This document shows, in pieces, positions 12,914 to 25,834 of a stretch of DNA of 64,000 nt. Numbering within the stretch: the stretch's first letter is position 1; each line of letters starts with the position of its first letter. The position numbers and the translations under genes are program-made. The notes under the pieces were generated by a model, which ran no database searches, was not told where the DNA came from, and saw only the letters and a program-made list of their open reading frames with translations. This DNA comes from Octopus bimaculoides (Eukaryota), in the NCBI RefSeq assembly GCF_001194135.2, contig NC_068984.1, positions 47,617,893 through 47,681,892 on the forward strand. Reading direction: 5' to 3'.

Positions 12914-14541
12914 NNNNNNNNNNNNNNNNNNNNNNNNNNNNNNNNNNNNNNNNNNNNNNNNNNNNNNNNNNNNNNNNNNNNNNNNNNNNNNNNNNNNNNN
13001 NNNNNNNNNNNNNNNNNNNNNNNNNNNNNNNNNNNNNNNNNNNNNNNNNNNNNNNNNNNNNNNNNNNNNNNNNNNNNNNNNNNNNNNNNNNNNNNNNNNN
13101 NNNNNNNNNNNNNNNNNNNNNNNNNNNNNNNNNNNNNNNNNNNNNNNNNNNNNNNNNNNNNNNNNNNNNNNNNNNNNNNNATAAAATAAATCGTTTTTAA
13201 CTTGAATTAGATAGAACTATAAATAATCAGCGTATAAAGATTTTGTTGAAATACTTTTTCCATCTAACGGTTTTTTTAATGCAACATTTACACTCTATTA
13301 GTCATAACTTTAATGTACTTCGAATTACACCTTAAAAAAAAAACAATTTATTTTTACATACATACATACTCACTTACACACACACACACACACACACACA
13401 CTCATTTCTCTTTACTGTTGTATAAAACTGTATTATCATGATCCTCACCACTAATCCTCCACATATGAAGATTGTTAAGCTATATTTAGAAATGCTAACA
13501 GCAAGAATGCTACTACGCAACAGCTTCGACAACAGCAACAAAAGTCTGCATATTGGATTGCATAATATGATCCTCAGCAAAGCGGATACATGGCATATTT
13601 GAAATGCTGGGTCTGTGAATCGTACTCCGTCGATTTCCCGATTACTTATTGCTCGATATAGTCTATTTAGGGTTGAGATGAAACTACACAACACTGACAA
13701 ATGTATGGCCATCTCTACTTTCAAAACCAAAACTGACAACAGTTAAAAAATGAAGGACATTTGTTCATGCATGAGTCCACAATTTTTAACTTGTACCTTT
13801 CATGCCACTACACAACTATAAACTCACTATAATACCACCCTAAACATACTATTCTTATTCCTCACTCCAGACAAACATGAAAACCCAAAGATATCAAGAG
13901 CATCAATAACATCATGAATCTCAAATATTGTGCTGAGATGCACATGGCCTATAATAAATGTATAGAAACAGTAACTGTCGCACTTTGACCGAATCATTTT
14001 TCCTCGCCTCCGCTGTGACATTCAATCACACTGACATTAACAGCATAAGTCGAGACTGTCACTCAGTACTCTGTGCGATTAACCTCTGTCGACTGGATAA
14101 TGCAATATGAACCTTAGTTAGAAAGAGACATCTATTTGGAAATCGCATACCGTAGTCCAACCGATTAGCTACACCTGCTCGGTTAAGTTAAAGCTACAAA
14201 AGTACTACATAGTGATTATAAGATCCACCAGCACTAAAGTTTCGTTCATGTACTTATTGTTACTTTTACATTTTCTTAGTTTTGCTTAGTGATTCAGAGT
14301 TCGTGATTTTCTTTTATTTTCTTTACCGAGGCTGGAGTTGTGTTTCATACTTTCTTTTTAATTTTTTTTTTTTTTTTAGGCACTAAAAACAGTCCGGATT
14401 CCGTGTTAAAACAAGGCCATGCCCAACGTAAACAAAACTCTTACTCCCCAATTTCCGAATGGGTGCACCAGGTAGAGGAGGCTTTCACCCTAAAGCTTCG
14501 TTCATCAGGGCGTCCATAGGTATTGGAATATTTAGGGTTTC

Positions 14542-14753
14542 TAAGGCGGCGAGCTGGCAGAAACGTTAGCACGCTGGAAGAAATGGTTAGTGGTATTTCG
14601 TCTGTCTACATTCTGAGTTCAAATTCCGCCGAGGTCGGCTTTGCCTTTCATCCTTTCGGGGTCGATAAATTAAGTACTAGTTGCGTAATGGGGTCAATCT
14701 AATCGACTGGCCCCTCCCCCCAAAATTTCAGGCCTTGTGCCTAGAGTAGAAAA
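14542..14753 (+). mobile_element. SINE family B, full length
   Basis: Head-core-tail intact; 16-bp TSD gaatatttagggtttc at 14526-14541 and 14754-14769. Confidence 0.95.
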
Positions 14754-15084
14754 GAATATTTAGGGTTTCATGATGACAGGATTCCCACTGAGAGCAAATG
14801 CTTAGTTCCTGCTTCAAGACATCAAGCAAATGAAAAATTAATCCTTTCCTAGACAAGGTGCTTGTGCATTGCAGACATTTCATATAGATTAGGTCTCTAA
14901 TCCGTTACAGCTAGGTAACCTAAGGTAAAATAAAACAATCTTTTTTCCCAGAACGATTATTAAAGGCTTATGATGGAAATATTAGGCAATCTCTTCTCTA
15001 CTCTAATAATGTTTGAATTGAAAAGGTAGTAGTAAATATAAGGGATAATGATGTCATTGCTTTTTCTTCCCATTGGTTACTTAC

Positions 15085-15101
15085 AAATTTTAGTGGTTCA
15101 T
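15085..15101 (-). CDS. Candidate 17-nt microexon (exon 2 of the gene starting at 15733), encodes (D)EPLKF
   Basis: Minus strand tattttcag|atgaaccactaaaattt|gtaagt; phase 1 entry matches the upstream exon and gives MPCKE-DEPLKF. Confidence 0.45.
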
Positions 15102-15717
15102 CTGAAAATATATTTTAGATGTATAAACCAGGTCGTGTTAATTTTATGTTCAAATGTGTTTAGTAAATTAAATTGACACTTGTTTTTACTGATATAGACT
15201 TTTGTCATCATCATAGGAGGTTCGATATCTGATCGCCGGAACAGTGCACCAATCAATAATAGACAGATGAGCAATATTGTGGTCAATCCCAACCAAGTGA
15301 TATATGCTGTTTACTTTTTCCTAAATTCTCGCCGATAAATGATCGTAATTAAAATCAAAATACATCGACTTTTTTCATCTATCAATACTTTCAACAGGTG
15401 GGGCATTTTCTGGAGGTTCTCAGTCAAGTAGATGCAACTACAAACGTAGCATTTCTTTTGTTATTCTCATCATTGTATAAATTAGCTCGAAAATGTTTCA
15501 TAAAAGCTAGAGTTTCTATTCGTAAAGATCAATGGACGCATAGATCTGTCACAGAACATGATGCTAGGCAATTGAAGGATACTGCTGTTGATACTAACTG
15601 CTGTCTAGTCTGTAACATGCGATGCATTCAGGTTTTTAGTGTTAAATGTTTTATCCCCAGAAAACAGAAGTAGAAACGTTCTTATCGATTCCTCATTCTG
15701 TATTCTGAAACACTTAC

Positions 15718-15733
15718 CTTCTTTGCACGGCAT
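15718..15733 (-). CDS. Candidate first coding exon of an unidentified gene (MPCKE, phase 1)
   Basis: gtATGCCGTGCAAAGAAG|gtaagt consensus donor; CpG-containing upstream region with CCGGAAGT. Confidence 0.55.
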
Positions 15734-15775
15734 ACTTAAACACAAATAGATGACACGCAGAAGTACAATCTACAA

Positions 15776-15783
15776 CCGGAAGT
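15776..15783. promoter_or_regulatory. ETS-type motif CCGGAAGT in a putative promoter/5' UTR
   Basis: Exact motif about 45 bp upstream of the candidate ATG; such motifs are common near metazoan housekeeping start sites. Confidence 0.35.
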
Positions 15784-16469
15784 AGCGAGGACACTGTACA
15801 ATTAAAAAATGTTTTGGGAGCTTGTAACCCTAAGTTCATCTTGTAGGGAGTGATGACAAACCACTACGTGTATTCTGAACTAAGCTATGCCGAAATCTAA
15901 CAGTACTACTTTACTTCTTCACTCGCAATACCTTGAAAAGGATATGAGAGAGAGAGAGAGAGAAAGAGAGTGTGTGTGTGTGTGTGTGTGTGTGCGCGTG
16001 CGCGCACTAGATCTCCGCAGTTCGATGATGAGGATTCTTCTGTTCGATTAACTTTACTTCCTCTTGAATTAACGCGTACCGTTAATGTAATTCTCAGGCA
16101 CAAACAGTGTGACAAAGTTGCACATTTTCAGTTGCATTTGCAATCTATGCGACAAGCTTCGACACCGTTTCTGTCAACCAGATTTCACTCGCAAGATATG
16201 GCTCAACCTGAGGTAATAGGAAATGATATTTGTCCAATATGTCACGCAGACGGATCGAACTCAGAACGTCGGCCATAGTGTGCGTGATAGTTCTGATTTA
16301 TTTTCATCCTTACACGTGCAAGGATATCCAGTTTCTTTTATTTGGTACACAGGCCACGACACAGAGGGGACAGCACAAGGACACAACAAAACATTTAGGG
16401 GCTAGGTTTATACCGTAGTTAAAAAAAATCAAATATAACGAAATCGAAATGAATTTTAAAATTATATAC

Positions 16470-16870
16470 TCTTTTACTCTTTTACTTGTTTCAGTCTTTT
16501 GACTGTGGCCATGCTGGAGCACCGCCTTTAGTCGAGCAAATCGACCCCAGGACTTATTCTTTGGAAGCCTAGTACTTATTCTTTCGGTCTCTTTTGCCGA
16601 ACCGCTAAGTTACAGGGACATAAACACACCAGCATCGGTTGTCAAGCGATGTTGAGGGGACAAACACAGACATACAAACAAACACATACACACATACATA
16701 TATATATATATACGACAGGCTTCTTTCAGTTTCCGTCTACCAAATCCACTCACAAGGCATTGGTCGGCCCGAGGCTATAGTAGAAGACACTTGCCTAAGA
16801 TGCCACGCAGTGGGACTGAACCCGGGACCATGTGGTTGGTAAGCAAGCTACTTACCACACAGCCACTCCC
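16470..16870 (-). mobile_element. SINE family C (CORE-like segment accttgggcaagtgtcttc, internal TA/CA microsatellite)
   Basis: Reverse complement of ggagtggctgtgtggtaag...gactgaaacaagtaaaagagtaaaag; many homologous copies in the window. Confidence 0.9.
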
Positions 16871-16979
16871 GGGTTCGTGTTCGACCCGCCGGTTTTCTTT
16901 TTCCTTTTTCTTTATATAACTTTTTATAATATCCCCTGTTTTTATTTTAATTTTTCCTTCCCTCATTTCCTTCTTTTCC

Positions 16980-17240
16980 GTGCAGACCGGCCACACTAGC
17001 GCGGCCTCATTCACTCTCCACTTCCTTACGACATTTGTCCATCTTTTTTCAAATCCTCTTCGAGGCAGGCATCTCTTCTCCAGGCTGATCTTTCTGGACA
17101 GGTAGTAGTTAAAAAAAAAAACAACCAATCCGTGTCCGGAGATAAAGTTGCCTATCTCAATTCCTCTTCCACGCGTCACCCATACTGTCTCTTTCGATGT
17201 GCAAGTATATCCAACACCATGGATACAATATAATACAATA
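16980..17240 (-). mobile_element. L1/Tx1-like LINE ORF2 C-terminal fragment
   Basis: Minus ORF KETVWVTRGRGIEIGNFISGHGLVVFF..YYLSRKISLEKRCLPRRGFEKRWTNV resembles the extreme C-terminus of Tx1-group ORF2 (recognised from memory, no search run). Confidence 0.6.
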
Positions 17241-17929
17241 CGGATCAAGAAATGAAACGACAGTGAGACATTTGTACGTCATTAGATTTAAATGACAAAC
17301 GCTAGAACTACACTTATGCCACTCTCTCCATCACCATAGTAGGTTCCAGTGACATATCTTAATCAACAAGTGTGTATGTGTGTGTGTGTGTTATAGGGAA
17401 CTCTGGACATAACATATTGGAGTAACACATTTAAAGCGTAAGACGACGTGGTTGCGCCCAGCGTTCTCCCAGCTACATACAATAATTACGCGCAGTGCTA
17501 ACATTGGTATCGATAGTTTGTTTGGTATTTCTTGGAGGAATTATACGAAACATGTTCGCATGTTGGAAGTAACTAGGATTTCAAATCCACTCCGAGTGTC
17601 TAGCTTGCAACAGCACAAAGCACAACGCAAGCACTGCACATAACAATAACTTCCTACTTGAGTGAACTGTGATGTCCGAATACATGACTTAAAAGAATAT
17701 TTCATGCGGTGTTATGTCAAATCAATAAAGACTAGAACCTATCTATGTTATATGTATATAAAATATTTTTCCCACTGTGAAATCCACCTCCTCCAAATGT
17801 CTGGAAAACCACAGCTACGAAAAGTGAGCGAAGTGAATGAAATAGCGAGGTTGAGAGTCAGACTTATGAAAACACGTACCGAGGTTTACTGCCGTTCAAC
17901 ATCGCTCGTGTGTGTGTGTATGTATGAGT

Positions 17930-17968
<39 letters not shown>

Positions 17969-18151
17969 NNNNNNNNNNNNNNNNNNNNNNNNNNNNNNNN
18001 NNNNNNNNNNNNNNNNNNNNNNNNNNNNNNNNNNNNNNNNNNNNNNNNNNNNNNNNNNNNNNNNNNNNNNNNNNNNNNNNNNNNNNNNNNNNNNNNNNNN
18101 NNNNNNNNNNNNNNNNNNNNNNNNNNNNNNNNNNNNNNNNNNNNNNNNNNN

Positions 18152-18188
<37 letters not shown>

Positions 18189-19601
18189 CATCTCACATTT
18201 ACTTGTACATGGTGGCATTGACATAAAAGCAATTTTTTAAAAACAGTTTTTGTAACGTTAGTGAGGAGTGGGGAAGAAGAGTCCTTTTGAGTTTTCTAAA
18301 TGTGTGCGTGTGTGTTTATTTGTTTTTATGCTGGAAACTGCATGTGTGCTAATATATTTACATACACTATTGGGTAAGAAGAGTAAGAGACAGGAAGGTG
18401 GTAGAGCAGGGAAGGGAGACGAAGAGGAAAACAGACCCGTAAAAGTCACTGATTCAAATACGGGTGGCTGAGTGAGTAGACCACACAGGTAGAAAGCGTT
18501 TTGAAGCTCATATAAACAGCTTGATAGACAAACTTACTGAGAAAATGATAGACAGCCAGACTGACAAACCTATAGATGGACGGAATGTCAGTAAGATACA
18601 TCATTAGAACCAAGGCTACCAAAAACAGCGATAACCATCATTATTTATCAAATCCTTCTCTTAATTGTCACCATCATCATCATTAAGGTGGTTTTCTATA
18701 TTATTTTGCTTGATGGACACAATGTAACAAAGATGCCTTTTTTTTTTGTTTTCTTATGTTAGGGATGTGATGCATTACGCCAAACAGGTGATTTAATCTA
18801 ATGCACCTGTGGCATAATCTATCACACATGTGACCTCAGCTTCGAGACTGTGACGTGCAATCCCCCAGCCTGACACAATCTAAATTGTCAACGCATCATC
18901 CACATTCTATAGTTACAGCTGCAAGTATTTAAATCAACGTTATTTATCATCTCAATTGGTTGCTTTAGTCGAGTACTTAACATTTTGTGGAGGTAATACG
19001 AGCGTTGTTCAATAAGTTGAACGGTGCATGGCCACATGTTTAAAAAGTTCGCTTCGCAATTTCCAAAACTCTCAGGCTCAACCCTACAGTTTCGTATCTT
19101 GAGCGAATGTCATTTACTGTTGCCTTGGATTGACCTACGCTTTGCAACTGAAACTGGATGGACGGAAACTGTGTAGAAGCCTATCAAATGGATTATATTA
19201 GTAATTTACAGATTGTGTCACACTGGTTCTGCAAGATTATGTTAATGGTACACATGCTTATGAAACTGTTTTACACGCCAATTGATTGAATACAAGATAA
19301 CTTTGTTATTCCATCAACTTAAGTCTTATTGTTGGAAATGACAAACATTCATTTTCTAGTTCAACGACTTTAATAATTGTTGTAAATTAAATCTTTAGAG
19401 AGCAATGTTTAATACCGAGTTTACTACGATACTGTGGCAACCCCAGGTCAGATTTCACCAGGTGCATTGATCTGTTCTAGATATGTCATTGTTCTGAAAA
19501 CCTGAAAAAATCACAATGCACTTTCCAAAATGAGATAATGCTGTGCATAAATTTAACAAAGATGGTATGCAGTGTGGAGTACACTCACTATATGTTGTAT
19601 T

Positions 19602-19932
19602 TGTTGTTTTTGTTGTTGGCACTCCGTCGCTTACGACGTCGAGTGTTCCATTTGATCCGATCAACGGAACAGCCTGCTCGGGGATATTCAACGTGACACA
19701 ATGTGACAAGGCTGACCCTTTGAATTACAGGCACAACAGAAACAGGAAGTAAGAGTGAGAGAAAGTTGTTGTGAAAGAGTACAGCAGGGTTCGCCACCAT
19801 CCCTGCCAGAGCCTCGTGGAGCTTTAGGTGTTTTCGCTCAATAAACACTCACAACGCCCGATCTGGGAATCGAAACCACGATCCTATGACCGCGAGTCCG
19901 CTGCCCTTACCACTGGGCCATTGCGACTCCAC
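19602..19932 (-). mobile_element. SINE family A with ~60-bp internal deletion
   Basis: TSD atatgttgtatt at 19590-19601 and 19933-19944; deletion junction at ctcg microhomology. Confidence 0.9.
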
Positions 19933-20034
19933 ATATGTTGTATTAAATTATAAATATTTGTGCAAGAAAAAGTGTGAGAGAGAGAGGAGGGGGACGAAAA
20001 TAGCGAAAAAAAATGTTTTCTGACTGAAATCATA

Positions 20035-20252
20035 CGGGGGGGAGGTGCTAAATATTTCCTGGCTTAAACGCTATCGCGAACGGCCTGGCTGGAAGCCCAA
20101 CTTTCCGAGTTGTTCTATAATATTAGAATAACTGAAGGACCGTTGTAATAAGTTTATGAATCTGAGAGAGGAATACATTAAATAAAATCATAATTAACTT
20201 TTCCTCTTGTATTTTCTTTTACTCCAAGGCAGGAACTTTTCAGCAGCTCTCG
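20035..20252. mobile_element. Mariner-derived non-autonomous element
   Basis: Imperfect TIRs ta-cgggggggaggtgctaaatatttcctggctt / aaggcaggaacttttcagcagctctcg; internal NLRGEY-like transposase C-terminal remnant. Confidence 0.55.
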
Positions 20253-20408
20253 TCTATAGGATATATAGAATGTTAGTAGAATGCTATGTTTACATAATCA
20301 CGACATCTCATGGGCAATACAAAGCGTCATAAAGAACATGTAGCCTAAGGGCCATAGGTTTCATAAGAAAATTATAAACTTTTAACATGCAAAATATACA
20401 CCTTGCAT

Positions 20409-20555
20409 TAGTGGTTCCTAACCTGGGGTCCGCAAATGTAGTACTGATAATCTGTGAACTAAATTCAAAATTTCATATATATATATATATAAGGATAAGC
20501 ATATTAAAACTGGTCCGTGGGAAACTAATTTAAATAAAAGGGTTGGGAACCACTG
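20409..20555. mobile_element. Short hAT-type MITE
   Basis: TIRs tagtggttcctaacc / ggttgggaaccactg; decayed 8-bp TSD ccttgcat / ccttctat. Confidence 0.7.
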
Positions 20556-20682
20556 CCTTCTATAAACCTTTCAGAGTGCCCAAATGTAGAAACTGTGTTG
20601 TTTATATCTAAAGTGCACAGAAATAAGAGTGACCACACACACACACACACACACACACGCACGCGAGTGAGTGAGTGAGTGA

Positions 20683-20714
<32 letters not shown>

Positions 20715-21935
20715 TTATATATGAGACGGGAACACCAACTTGGTTTTAGTTTATTATGGTATATAATGCAATCAACAGGACACTGTAAAACGTTTCGTGA
20801 CATTATGTTATCACAATACGCTCTTCGGGTGCATAAACGGTTACTTTTGCAATTGTAAAATAAGTTACGCAGCTATGGCATAATCACAAAACGATTCGTA
20901 GTGTATCCTGGCGATTGTATTATACTACGAACATACACACATAGAACTTTTAAGTACGCATATGCTTTCATGACCAGGCGCTTAGTCCTCATTTCATGGT
21001 GTTGTATAAAATAGCTCAATTCAAATCTTTAATGTATAGGGCAACGACTTTTTTCATGAACTCGTGTACTTAATATGACGCTAGCAACGTATTTAACTAA
21101 AGACCTATGTGCTGATTATCTAATACTTTAAACCCCTGCCCACTTTTTCGTGTTCCTCTCCGTCTACAAATAGCTATCACGCAACTGAAAAGAATTTGGC
21201 TGAAACATATGTTTGGAGAATATTTCCGTTTTTAGGGTAATAATAGATTGACTTCTAAAAAGCTCAGAAGTCTCACACGGAGAAGAATTATAGAAAAATG
21301 TTGAAAGTATATGGAGAACTAGACGGGAAAAATCCCATATTTTATTGTTCATCTCCCTATTGTTTCCCATCATCTAAAATTATCTGTTAGTCTTCCATTT
21401 AATTATGTTATCTCATCTGTCAGACAATTCTGAAGTTAGGTAGCTGGCATTTGAAGATAAACAATCAATGACTGACTTCGCTAGATATATTATTTTTGCT
21501 TTTAAAAAGTCTAACTTTTTCAATGTTTCACAGAAGATGTATTCGGTTTAATTACATGTCATAGCACGCAACGTTTGTTTGGTAGTGCAAAGACGAAGAT
21601 GAGAAAGATGACATATGTCAGCTATCTAGGCGAGAAAAGTAGTGACATAGAACTTATTATTGCAGTCCTTCAGGCATCCAGATGTATCCTTAAAATGAAA
21701 ATATTTTCTTTTCCTTTTTATGTTGCTATTGAAATATGCAAGACTAAATTTAGAATCAATTACAATGTGGAAGAACTATTTTAGCTATCTCAAAAAACAC
21801 AAAAGCTATTTAAATTAACTTTTCATTTATTTTTGTTAGCTGTTAAAATTTTTTTGTCGTCCATCTGCAACCTGAGCAAGAAAACAATTCCACAGAATGG
21901 TAGAAGAACCGAGTCAGTGACCAAGTCGTACTCAC

Positions 21936-21973
21936 AGTTATGCGATGAAAATTTTGACGCCTCAGGAAATAAA
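21936..21973 (-). other. Candidate 38-nt exon of unknown gene
   Basis: cattttcag|...|gtgagt consensus splice sites; two open frames (YFLRRQNFHRIT or LFPEASKFSSHN); no recognisable homology. Confidence 0.3.
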
Positions 21974-22479
21974 CTGAAAATGCATTTAAGCGGATTTTGT
22001 GTTGTGTTCTGAACCGGCTAAAATTGAATTTCTACAATATAACTGATTCAGTTTCAACACGATCTCAGATCCGGTCACAAATATAACTTGAAAATAAATT
22101 TAGAATGTTTAGTAGAATGTCTATGTCCCGAATATCTGCTTCACTGTACCGGATCTTGTTCAATGGGTAAAGTTTGGGAGGTAATAAGTGGTCAGTTAAC
22201 GACTGGCACCGTACTGAAGTATTTCCTGAGAGAGAGAGAGAGAGAGAGAGAGCCTCTATGTGGTCTCTCCACAGACGATCGCAATCTCGGCTCACATTAA
22301 CAATAAAGTCGATATGGCCCGCAGGATAAGTTCTGAATACTCAGAAGTTTCCGGTCTCCTTTTCACCTTCTTCGTACGGGCAAACCTAAAATTCTGCTGT
22401 CCGCTTAGTCTTCCCACGCCAAACAAAACATTGCGAGAATTAATTCACTCCAGAGAGAAGTTACTAAAAATGTAAAAGC

Positions 22480-22810
22480 ATGACTGATCTTAAAACATTG
22501 AGACTTTATTCTCTCCAGCGCCACCGTAAGTATTACATCATTTGCATAATGTGGAGAATTATGGGAGAAGCTGGGACCATGTGCCATACACCCTATACAC
22601 AATTCAGGCTCACAATACATAAATTCACTGTAACACCATCTTTTTTCCTCAACGGGCCCTGCTCTATTTAACATCATCACAAAACAAATCACAGAGAAGA
22701 TCCCATCGCCTTCAAACGAAAACTGAACAAATTTCTTCAGCGAATACCAGATAAGGTACCCTATTCCTAAATACATCTCAGTTAAACAACTCCCTACTTG
22801 AATGGGTCAT
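22480..22810 (+). mobile_element. CR1-group LINE 3' ORF2 fragment
   Basis: Reads SLQRHRKYYIICIMWRI...GP.LFNII...DPIAFKRKLNKFLQRIPD...NSLLEW with frameshifts, typical of the post-RT C-terminus of CR1-like elements. Confidence 0.65.
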
Positions 22811-22999
22811 AATATCACAAAATTTGACTCGTATCAAGTGGTGCTATTATGTTAGACACGGCCTCAGCCAATCTTTACTTGAAACATATTTAAGTTCATA
22901 TATATCGTCAGTGTGTCATATATCCGATAAAGAAGCACATTCTAAAGCATAACGCAGTAACGGATTTATATGCAAATAAGTATATGTCTGATCATAGGG

Positions 23000-23905
23000 T
23001 GACCAATGGTTTCGCATCCATAAAGCGCTAAGCTCTATGGACGACTCGCCAGACTATTGACGATGGTCAAATACCTCTTCAAACTGTGGAGGTAGAATTC
23101 CGTTAGTCAGTTAGTAAACAAAATATAAACAATCCGGGTCGGCGAGGACGAGTTATCTCAGATCACTTCAGTTGACAGTCCATATAGGCTAAAATGGCGA
23201 ACGGGGAACGTCTGCCCTTAGGTTGTCTTTAGCTCGTAAGGACTTTTTCAGATCTAATCGATAAATGGGGAATCCCATGTTTGCAGCAGGTAGCGTTTGC
23301 AATGGGGCGGGGAATATAAATCGCATGTCGGGAATTTAATAATCGTGGTTCCAGGGAGTCTTTGAGGATCCTAGCTCGCTCAGCTGTGCAAAGCTTGCAG
23401 CGTCCGCTCCTGTTGATATAGGATCCCGGCCGATATATGATCCTCCACGGTATAGGGTTCCTTCATCCTTAAGGCGTTACACGTGGCTTGCCAGGGACGT
23501 GACGAATCGTCTTTCCAGAATCCTGAAAGCGGACTAGTGGTTGTAAAGGCACCGCTTGAAGGCAATTCCGGCTGACCTGATATAGTTCCGCACTTGAGTG
23601 TTGGTTCTGTTCACATCTCAGGTGCATTTCCGTTAACTCCGGGCCTGTAGATGTTGTTGCAGCTTCTGTTATTACAGAGCATGGGTCTGGCGATATCGTT
23701 GTGACTGTTGTCATCGTAGCAGTCATCCCTAGCCGTAGTGGTTGTGTTGCTGCTGCTACTATCACCGATGGTGATGTGACTGCCGTCATTGGTAATACTG
23801 GGAGTGGGACCGGTAGCTTCACTGATGCTGCAGGTATAGGCGTGGTCGTCATCTCCGGATCTCCGGCCGTAGCACTGGTATTTCTGCCGCTGCCCTCGAT
23901 GTTGT
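23000..23905 (-). mobile_element. Degenerate GC-rich ORF remnant, possibly related to the ORF1-only element at 61-63 kb
   Basis: Thr/Pro-rich ORF 23469-23852 followed by ELGSSKTPWNHDY (23339-23377), similar to ELDIQKLPWNIDY (61380-61418). Confidence 0.35.
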
Positions 23906-23924
23906 GTTATATATATATACACAC

Positions 23925-24347
23925 CAGTAAGCACGTAGATGCAAAACAAGATAGAAAAATAGTATTCGAATATTAAGATAAAAATAAAGTAATATTATAC
24001 TATTTACTTTACAAACGCTGAAAAGAATTTTTTGAAAGCTTACTCGGAGTTTCACGTGATTGTTCGTCAGATAGTTGTGATAATCACATCTGACTGGCGA
24101 ACGGTCACGTGAAACTGAGTAACAGTTTGGGAAGAATTTTTTCAGCTTTTATTAATCGGACATATATCACTTAAATCACATCACATACCCCCATCTTAAA
24201 AAAGATCACACACTAAATAAATTAATTGTACATTGTCTGATAAAGACGGGATGATCATAACTAGAACGCTTTTGGTTATAGGTCTGCACAATCGGAATTA
24301 ACTTAGTACTATTTTTTCTATCTTGTTTTGCATCTACGTGCTTACTG
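23925..24347. mobile_element. MITE with ~38-bp TIRs and an internal hairpin
   Basis: cagtaagcacgtagatgcaaaacaagatagaaaaatagta and its reverse complement at 24307-24347; TA/CA-rich flanks; internal inverted repeat 24040-24122. Confidence 0.85.
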
Positions 24348-24356
24348 CTGTGTACA

Positions 24357-24407
<51 letters not shown>

Positions 24408-25834
24408 AACAATGGCTCAAGTAGAACGAACAACTATATCATCAAAAAGTCCGACACCACCAATCATTAATCATCACTAGCTCCTCCACCGCTAATAACT
24501 TCGACGTGTGCAGCCTCATCGACAACACATTAAATAACATTACTAATATCAGCGTCATTATCTTCACCCTAACTAATATAATAATTATCTTATTTCATTA
24601 CTGTCATCCTTGTTGCTTCTCTATAACTCCAGTGCGACCGTTCTCATCAACTTTATCATCATCAACGTCTGTCGCCAACTTTCACTGCAATCACCATTAC
24701 TCAAAGATCTCGGTGGGGAAACGCCAGCAATACGCTATTTTTAATGGGTTTGAGTATCCAATTATCATACCATAATTACAAAAAATGTGCTTTGCACGTG
24801 ATTTAAGATAGTGTAACAGCTTTATTCCTTATAGCAGCTAATTCTCTTAGGACAATGCCATTTGTTTTTGCTTTTTGTTGTCGTTTTATTTTATGATGAT
24901 AGTGTGCGATCTGGTGGTTATTTGGCTGTTACTTTAACAGGTCGATCTTCTGTGTACATGTTCTCTTATCAGCGTTTAATTATTACTGTTGTGAAAACTA
25001 CGTAAGGCCAATCTTCACCAGCAAGTCAAATCCACGGACCAGTTTCTGACATCAATTTAGAAAGGTATTTACCTTCTTCTTATACAACTCATACAATGTA
25101 ACTGGAAAGGCACAGACGTCATACTCTCACATTTCTCTTTATTTCATATTCAAACATCACGGCTTCATAAAATGGTTCCATACCGGTGGAAGAAATTATA
25201 GCGATTCGTGATTTCGTTCATGAACGACTTTTCACTGAAGAATTCATAGCGGATTTCGGTAAGTTCAATAGCTGTGAGAAACTGCTTCACCACATCTACA
25301 AATAATAAAGAACTCTTTTATAAGTTCATTAACTTGGTCTAACCAATGAACAGCTGCCGAACTGTGAAATAGCATTCAACGGTTCAGTGGATAATATCGA
25401 TCCAGTACAATAAGATATTTTATCAGTCTTTAAGTGTCGAATCGCTAGGGCTGGACATAAAATACTACATACTACACAGGCTCTTTGAGTGATATAAACT
25501 AATACAGACACGGAATCTGACACATGCAAATAAAACATAGCCATACATAGACAGACATAAATGCACACGCGCACACACACACACACACATGATCTTTATA
25601 ATACATAAAAAATGAATTACCATTTAAGTTTCATGCTGAGCCCGAGGCTTGAACCCAGAAGACAAACTGATAGGGTTTTTACAATCTTCAACAAATTCAA
25701 TATACCTAATCTCATGAATTCTTATTGGGTGTGCACGAGTTGTTACGGTCTGAATTAGTTCATATTGGCAGTAATTGTCAGCGTACACCATAATATATAT
25801 CATATATAACATCTTACATATAGCATAAAAGGGT

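Noticed and set aside
13374-13739. 121-aa minus ORF
   Set aside because: No motif, ends in a microsatellite, no convincing splice signals.
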